Source of the DNA: Limnochordia bacterium
GTDB lineage: Bacteria > Bacillota > Limnochordia > DUMW01
NCBI GenBank assembly: GCA_023230925.1
Contig: JALNWK010000005.1
Coordinates: forward strand, 13,111 to 77,110
Length of the DNA: 64,000 bases
Direction: 5' to 3'
Positions 60,400 through 64,000 of the stretch are shown piece after piece (position 1 is the stretch's first letter; each line of letters starts with the position of its first letter). The notes under the pieces were generated by a model. The model worked only from the letters and a program-made list of their open reading frames with translations, was not told the origin of the DNA and ran no database searches. Both the position numbers and the translations under genes were made by a program.

Positions 60400-61119
60400 T
60401 TATGAAACCAGCAAACGCTTGTACTTCCTGCCGATATCCGACTGGGGTTCTTCAAAGATCCGATCGGGGGTACCAGTCTCCACAACCCTCCCCTTGTCCA
60501 TGAGGACGATCCGATCTGCTACCCGGCGTGCAAAGGACACTTCATGGGTGACAATGATCATAGTAGTGTTACTTGTCGCGATTAGCTCCTCCATTACGTC
60601 AAGAACCTCGCGCACCAATATGGGATCCAAGGATGCGGTTGGTTCGTCCCACAACATAAGTTGTGGTTCCATGGCTAGGGCTCTAGCAATCCCAACCCTC
60701 TGCTGTTGACCACCGCTGAGCTCTGCTGGCTTCTGCTGCCAGGACTCATCCATGCCCACTCTACTCAGGGCAAGCATGGCCCGGTCCCTAGCTAATTTTT
60801 CATCTTTTCCGTCCATAACAAGGCCAAACATGACGTTTTCCAAAACGTTAAAGCGACCGATCAAATTGAAACCTTGGAAGACGTAACCTATTTTCTTCCG
60901 CAAAGCCAAAAGATCCCTGCGGTTCATATCTAGTACTGACTGTTCCTGCAGTAATATGCGCCCGTGATCCGGCTCCACAAGACGGTTTATGCACCGAACA
61001 GAGGTGGATTTCCCGCAACCACTGGGCCCCATAATAACGACGGTTTCCCCCTCTTCAACATCTAGCATAAATCCATCCAGGGCCGTGATTTTCCCATAGT
61101 GTTTGATCAAATCAATCAT
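60400..61119 (-). CDS. ABC transporter ATP-binding protein of the polar-amino-acid (GlnQ/HisP) family
   Basis: Start trimmed to MIDLIKHYGK. GPSGCGKST...RCINRL...LSGGQQQRVGIARALA...VTHEVSFARRVADR is near-colinear with GlnQ. Confidence 0.8.
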   Translation of the reverse strand: MIDLIKHYGKITALDGFMLDVEEGETVVIMGPSGCGKSTSVRCINRLVEPDHGRILLQEQSVLDMNRRDLLALRKKIGYVFQGFNLIGRFNVLENVMFGLVMDGKDEKLARDRAMLALSRVGMDESWQQKPAELSGGQQQRVGIARALAMEPQLMLWDEPTASLDPILVREVLDVMEELIATSNTTMIIVTHEVSFARRVADRIVLMDKGRVVETGTPDRIFEEPQSDIGRKYKRLLVS

Positions 61120-61148
61120 TCGCAAAAACACAGAACAACCCCCTACGC

Positions 61149-63242
61149 TCAGCACTTTTTTCGCCGTTGATTTATGGTCTGCACAATACCAGGTCTGCCA
61201 GCGGGAATTACAATCTCTCGCAGGATCTGCGCGTAGGATAGCCCCAAAGCCTCTGCAGCTAGTATCTCTTCTCCGTTAACAGGGCTAATCCGCTCGGCAA
61301 GCAAAGCCATAACAGTACCAATCAAAGCACCTAGGACAAACACCAAGAAGGTATTTAGGTGAGGAATGTTTCCCCCACTTAACCAGTAGATGGCGCTCAG
61401 CAATAAGGATCCTGAAGCTGCACCGAATAGCACCGTTGGAACTAACGTTCTTAGCCTACGTCGATTACCTCTACAGCTGTTAAGCAACAGTCGTCTAGCT
61501 GCATTAAGAATAGTGGCCTGATCCAAAAGAAACACCAAAACGACAAAGACAATACTGAGCAGGCCCGCGATGATACCACGGACTTCACTAAGCACATTGA
61601 ATAAGACTGAGATGGCACTTGGCATGATCACTCCAACGGGTAAGGTAAACACATCAATGTGCTCAAATCCGTCAAGTCCTTGTAGGGAATGCTCTAGTTC
61701 CTGGTAAGGTATATTCCCGTCAAGCAAGAACTCGATTTTGCTCCCTGGGATTACATCGCCGCCAAGATATTGATCAATCAAGGCCACAGACTGACCGATT
61801 TCCTCATCGGCCAGCTGGGGCAGGCTATCTTTCACAAAGCGAATCTGCTCAATTATCTGCTCTAGGTCAATGGTTGAGATAGCACCGATTCTAGTGGAGA
61901 TGCTTTCCAATGTATCTTGCATCGCCGCCACATCTAGATCCTTGAAAGAACCCACAGGATCATCACCAGCACCCATGGCTTCCTTAAACAAGTTGTTCAG
62001 TAGTAACGTCAATAGTAGTTCAGTGCCTTGCGGAGTACCGTTAGGGCTTTGACTTAATTGGGTAAGCTGCTGCTGCAGTTGACCTAACTGAACCAAGGCG
62101 CGCTGGAAGGTCTTTAGTGTCTGTTCAGCATTGGAAACCGCAGTGTCGGCATCCTCAGCAAGTCCCTCCAGTTCTTGAAGCAGTTCGACACTATCATCAA
62201 TGGCCTGGGCTAACCGGTATCTTTCATTACTGATCGTAACGGTACCGACTTGTTCGCCTACCTGATCCTGGGGCAGTAATCTGTAGATTGGCATGCATTC
62301 TAAAGACGCCGTCATGTTTGAGGCATCACCGACAATAACCAACGCCGAAGCCAGTCTTTCATTCACCTGGAGTACTTCTACCACCAGATCCCCGGTATCA
62401 CCGTTTGTAACCATCAAACGTTCCCCTGGATGCACATCGTTAGCTTCGGTAAGGGTGATTTCCACCCGGGAAGCATAAGTCAACAGAAAGCTCTTCATTT
62501 CATGAAGTACTTTACGAAATGACTGCACACTCTGGTCATCTTCTCCGGATGAGATGTCCTTGAGAACACGAGGCTGAAACTTTGCGGTAATCTGCTCCTG
62601 CAAAGTAGCCGACAATCCTTGTATATCCTGGGGATCAGTATCTAGGGGCAAACGAAACTCAATCAGTTGATAGGACTCAAGCAACCCAGTGATCCTTTCC
62701 CGCACACGACTGCTTTCATCTACTGTTTCCAATAGGACATAGACATCGGAACCTTTAGTGAAAGCACAGCGCACATTGTCGAACAGCTCTATCTCACTGA
62801 CTAATTCCTGACGGACCCCTTGATTGACACCACTAATAACAATGGAAGGCTCGGCAACAATGGTTACACCGGAAAAACCGGAGACCCCGGCAAAATATGA
62901 CGCTAAATTCTGAAAAATGTCTGCGGAATAATACTCATCTGGCAGCCCTAAAAACAAGTTGGTCTTTCCCGCGATGGTTATTCCTTCTTTCCACTTGGCT
63001 CCCGGCAGACTCTCCTCAATGATTCTTTTGAACTCAGGAATCGCCGCTTCTTTGGCCTCCTTCCTGATATGTATCACCGCATCATACTGTCCCAATTCCC
63101 CTACTAATCCTGCCGCGGTATCACCAAAGTACGTATCCACTGCCCAAGCTCCACCGGCCGCAAGCAAAGACCCTACGAGAATTGTAACAATAAAGATACT
63201 TAACAGATCTTTTGCAAAACCATCTGAAAATACGGTGAGCAT
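61149..63242 (-). CDS. Atypical ABC membrane component: N-terminal TM, roughly 500-aa extracytoplasmic domain with coiled coil, three C-terminal TM helices, and a terminal EAA coupling loop
   Basis: Start trimmed to MLTVFSDGF. The C-terminus EEILAAEALGLSYAQILREIVIPAGRPGIV matches the EAA-x3-G...I.LP motif of amino-acid ABC permeases. The protein ends 28 aa later and overlaps the ATPase gene. Confidence 0.6.
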   Translation of the reverse strand: MLTVFSDGFAKDLLSIFIVTILVGSLLAAGGAWAVDTYFGDTAAGLVGELGQYDAVIHIRKEAKEAAIPEFKRIIEESLPGAKWKEGITIAGKTNLFLGLPDEYYSADIFQNLASYFAGVSGFSGVTIVAEPSIVISGVNQGVRQELVSEIELFDNVRCAFTKGSDVYVLLETVDESSRVRERITGLLESYQLIEFRLPLDTDPQDIQGLSATLQEQITAKFQPRVLKDISSGEDDQSVQSFRKVLHEMKSFLLTYASRVEITLTEANDVHPGERLMVTNGDTGDLVVEVLQVNERLASALVIVGDASNMTASLECMPIYRLLPQDQVGEQVGTVTISNERYRLAQAIDDSVELLQELEGLAEDADTAVSNAEQTLKTFQRALVQLGQLQQQLTQLSQSPNGTPQGTELLLTLLLNNLFKEAMGAGDDPVGSFKDLDVAAMQDTLESISTRIGAISTIDLEQIIEQIRFVKDSLPQLADEEIGQSVALIDQYLGGDVIPGSKIEFLLDGNIPYQELEHSLQGLDGFEHIDVFTLPVGVIMPSAISVLFNVLSEVRGIIAGLLSIVFVVLVFLLDQATILNAARRLLLNSCRGNRRRLRTLVPTVLFGAASGSLLLSAIYWLSGGNIPHLNTFLVFVLGALIGTVMALLAERISPVNGEEILAAEALGLSYAQILREIVIPAGRPGIVQTINQRRKKC

Positions 63243-63344
63243 CGGGCTCCCTCCCCAAGATATGGATAATGCGTTTGACTTTTGCATTAGCATTATACCA
63301 TAGGTGGAAAGGGAGCAGAACAAGCAAATTGGGCTACTTATGTC

Positions 63345-63983
63345 TTAAAGTGTAAAGTCCAAACGCCCCGGCCCAGTTCCAATAATACTCTCATTGTCAA
63401 GATCAATGGTGAAACTTGCACCTCGCCATGTTCCTTGTTCGGTGATCAGGCTTGCGTTACCTGTTAGGAAAACAACTTCCTCAGCATCTAGGTAGGTCAC
63501 TACATCTGCACGGCCCTCTCGATCCTTATTGAAGAAGACCACATCTTCCTGGGCAATCATCTTGTTCTCGGTGTCAAAATACTCAAGGTATCCTGACCTA
63601 AGCTCAACTTTTGTCCCTTCCCCAGCAGACTCTCGTTGCACCAGATGAACATTCCCACTGATTATGTATCGTTCTTCATCAAACAGGGCCTCGACCTTAT
63701 CTGCCGTGATGACGCTGTCTTCTTTCACCACGCGAACCTGGCCAGTAATCAGTGCCCGCTGCTCTTTTCCAAAGTATTCCACCCGGGTTGCAGTTATTTC
63801 CATACGTTCAAAGGTAATCCGCACATAGCCGGCCTTTGGAGCAATAACCCAGATGTCTTCCTTTAAGTCTCCGGTCACCGACGTGTCATCGATTGGCGCA
63901 TCGATTACCTCAATGGTGACTTGTTTGCTTTCCTGCGCGTATACCCCAATACTAAGCAATCCAACTAGCAAAACCACCCACAC
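63345..63983 (-). CDS. Periplasmic OstA-like (LptA/LptC family) protein
   Basis: Signal peptide, then repeated beta-jellyroll motifs (ITADKVEALFDEERYIISGNVHLVQ; VVTYLDAEEVVFLTGNASLITEQG) typical of LptA/LptC OstA_N domains. GTG start at the window edge. Confidence 0.6.
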   Translation of the reverse strand: MWVVLLVGLLSIGVYAQESKQVTIEVIDAPIDDTSVTGDLKEDIWVIAPKAGYVRITFERMEITATRVEYFGKEQRALITGQVRVVKEDSVITADKVEALFDEERYIISGNVHLVQRESAGEGTKVELRSGYLEYFDTENKMIAQEDVVFFNKDREGRADVVTYLDAEEVVFLTGNASLITEQGTWRGASFTIDLDNESIIGTGPGRLDFTL

Positions 63984-64000
63984 TGATATTCTTAAAGTTT

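Noticed and set aside
60400-61155. Interpreting the ATPase as MlaF (phospholipid transport) because of the PDHG.IL motif and the envelope context
   Set aside because: The signature and H-loop regions (SGGQQQRVGIARALA, VTHEVSFARRVADR) match GlnQ/HisP-type NBDs almost residue for residue, and the partner carries an amino-acid-type EAA loop, not the MlaE pattern.

Overview
This 64 kb window is almost entirely coding on the minus strand. It contains no rRNA, tRNA, CRISPR array or obvious mobile element. Gene content and order point to a diderm (LPS-containing) bacterium with Firmicutes-like operon architecture, as in Negativicutes, Halanaerobiales or Limnochordia. The evidence is a single-b-subunit atp operon in the order atpZ-atpI-atpB-atpE-atpF-atpH-atpA-atpG, a Firmicutes-type split BY-kinase module, SLH-domain outer-membrane barrel proteins, a lipid A cluster and Lpt genes. 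From position 1 to 64000 the window holds the following. (1) The 5' part of an F0F1 ATP synthase operon. (2) A small glycosyl/oxidoreductase/membrane-protein group and an OmpR-type two-component system. (3) A pantothenate/CoA block: aspC-like, panC, panB, panD, a DUF2520 Rossmann-fold protein, coaBC and coaX. (4) plsC and nagA. (5) A polysaccharide export/regulation locus: ParB-like protein, PHP tyrosine phosphatase, BY-kinase with a poly-Tyr tail, Wzz-like co-polymerase, a 2047-aa Wza-like protein with about 23 tandem SLBB domains, a secreted hypothetical protein and an OmpM-like SLH porin. (6) A ruvX/yqgF-like gene. (7) A 1291-aa protein built as SLH domain, roughly 700-aa coiled coil and beta-barrel. 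(8) ktrA/ktrB and a DUF3084 protein. (9) lptFG and lptB. (10) A 1934-aa secreted TPR protein made of two copies of a roughly 2.37 kb internal tandem duplication. (11) A hypothetical outer-membrane beta-barrel protein. (12) A lipid A cluster: lpxC, fabZ, lpxA, lpxI, lpxB, a second LpxB-like paralog, msbA and a third LpxB-related glycosyltransferase. (13) An unusual ABC pair next to an LptA/OstA-like protein: a GlnQ-type ATPase plus a 'permease' with a very large periplasmic domain that ends right after its EAA loop. The most striking items are the giant multi-SLBB export protein and its companion locus, the giant SLH-coiled-coil-barrel protein, the duplicated giant TPR protein inside the Lpt/lipid A cluster, and the truncated-permease ABC system. 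All calls come from reading the translated ORFs and the nucleotide sequence by eye. No database search or covariance model was run.
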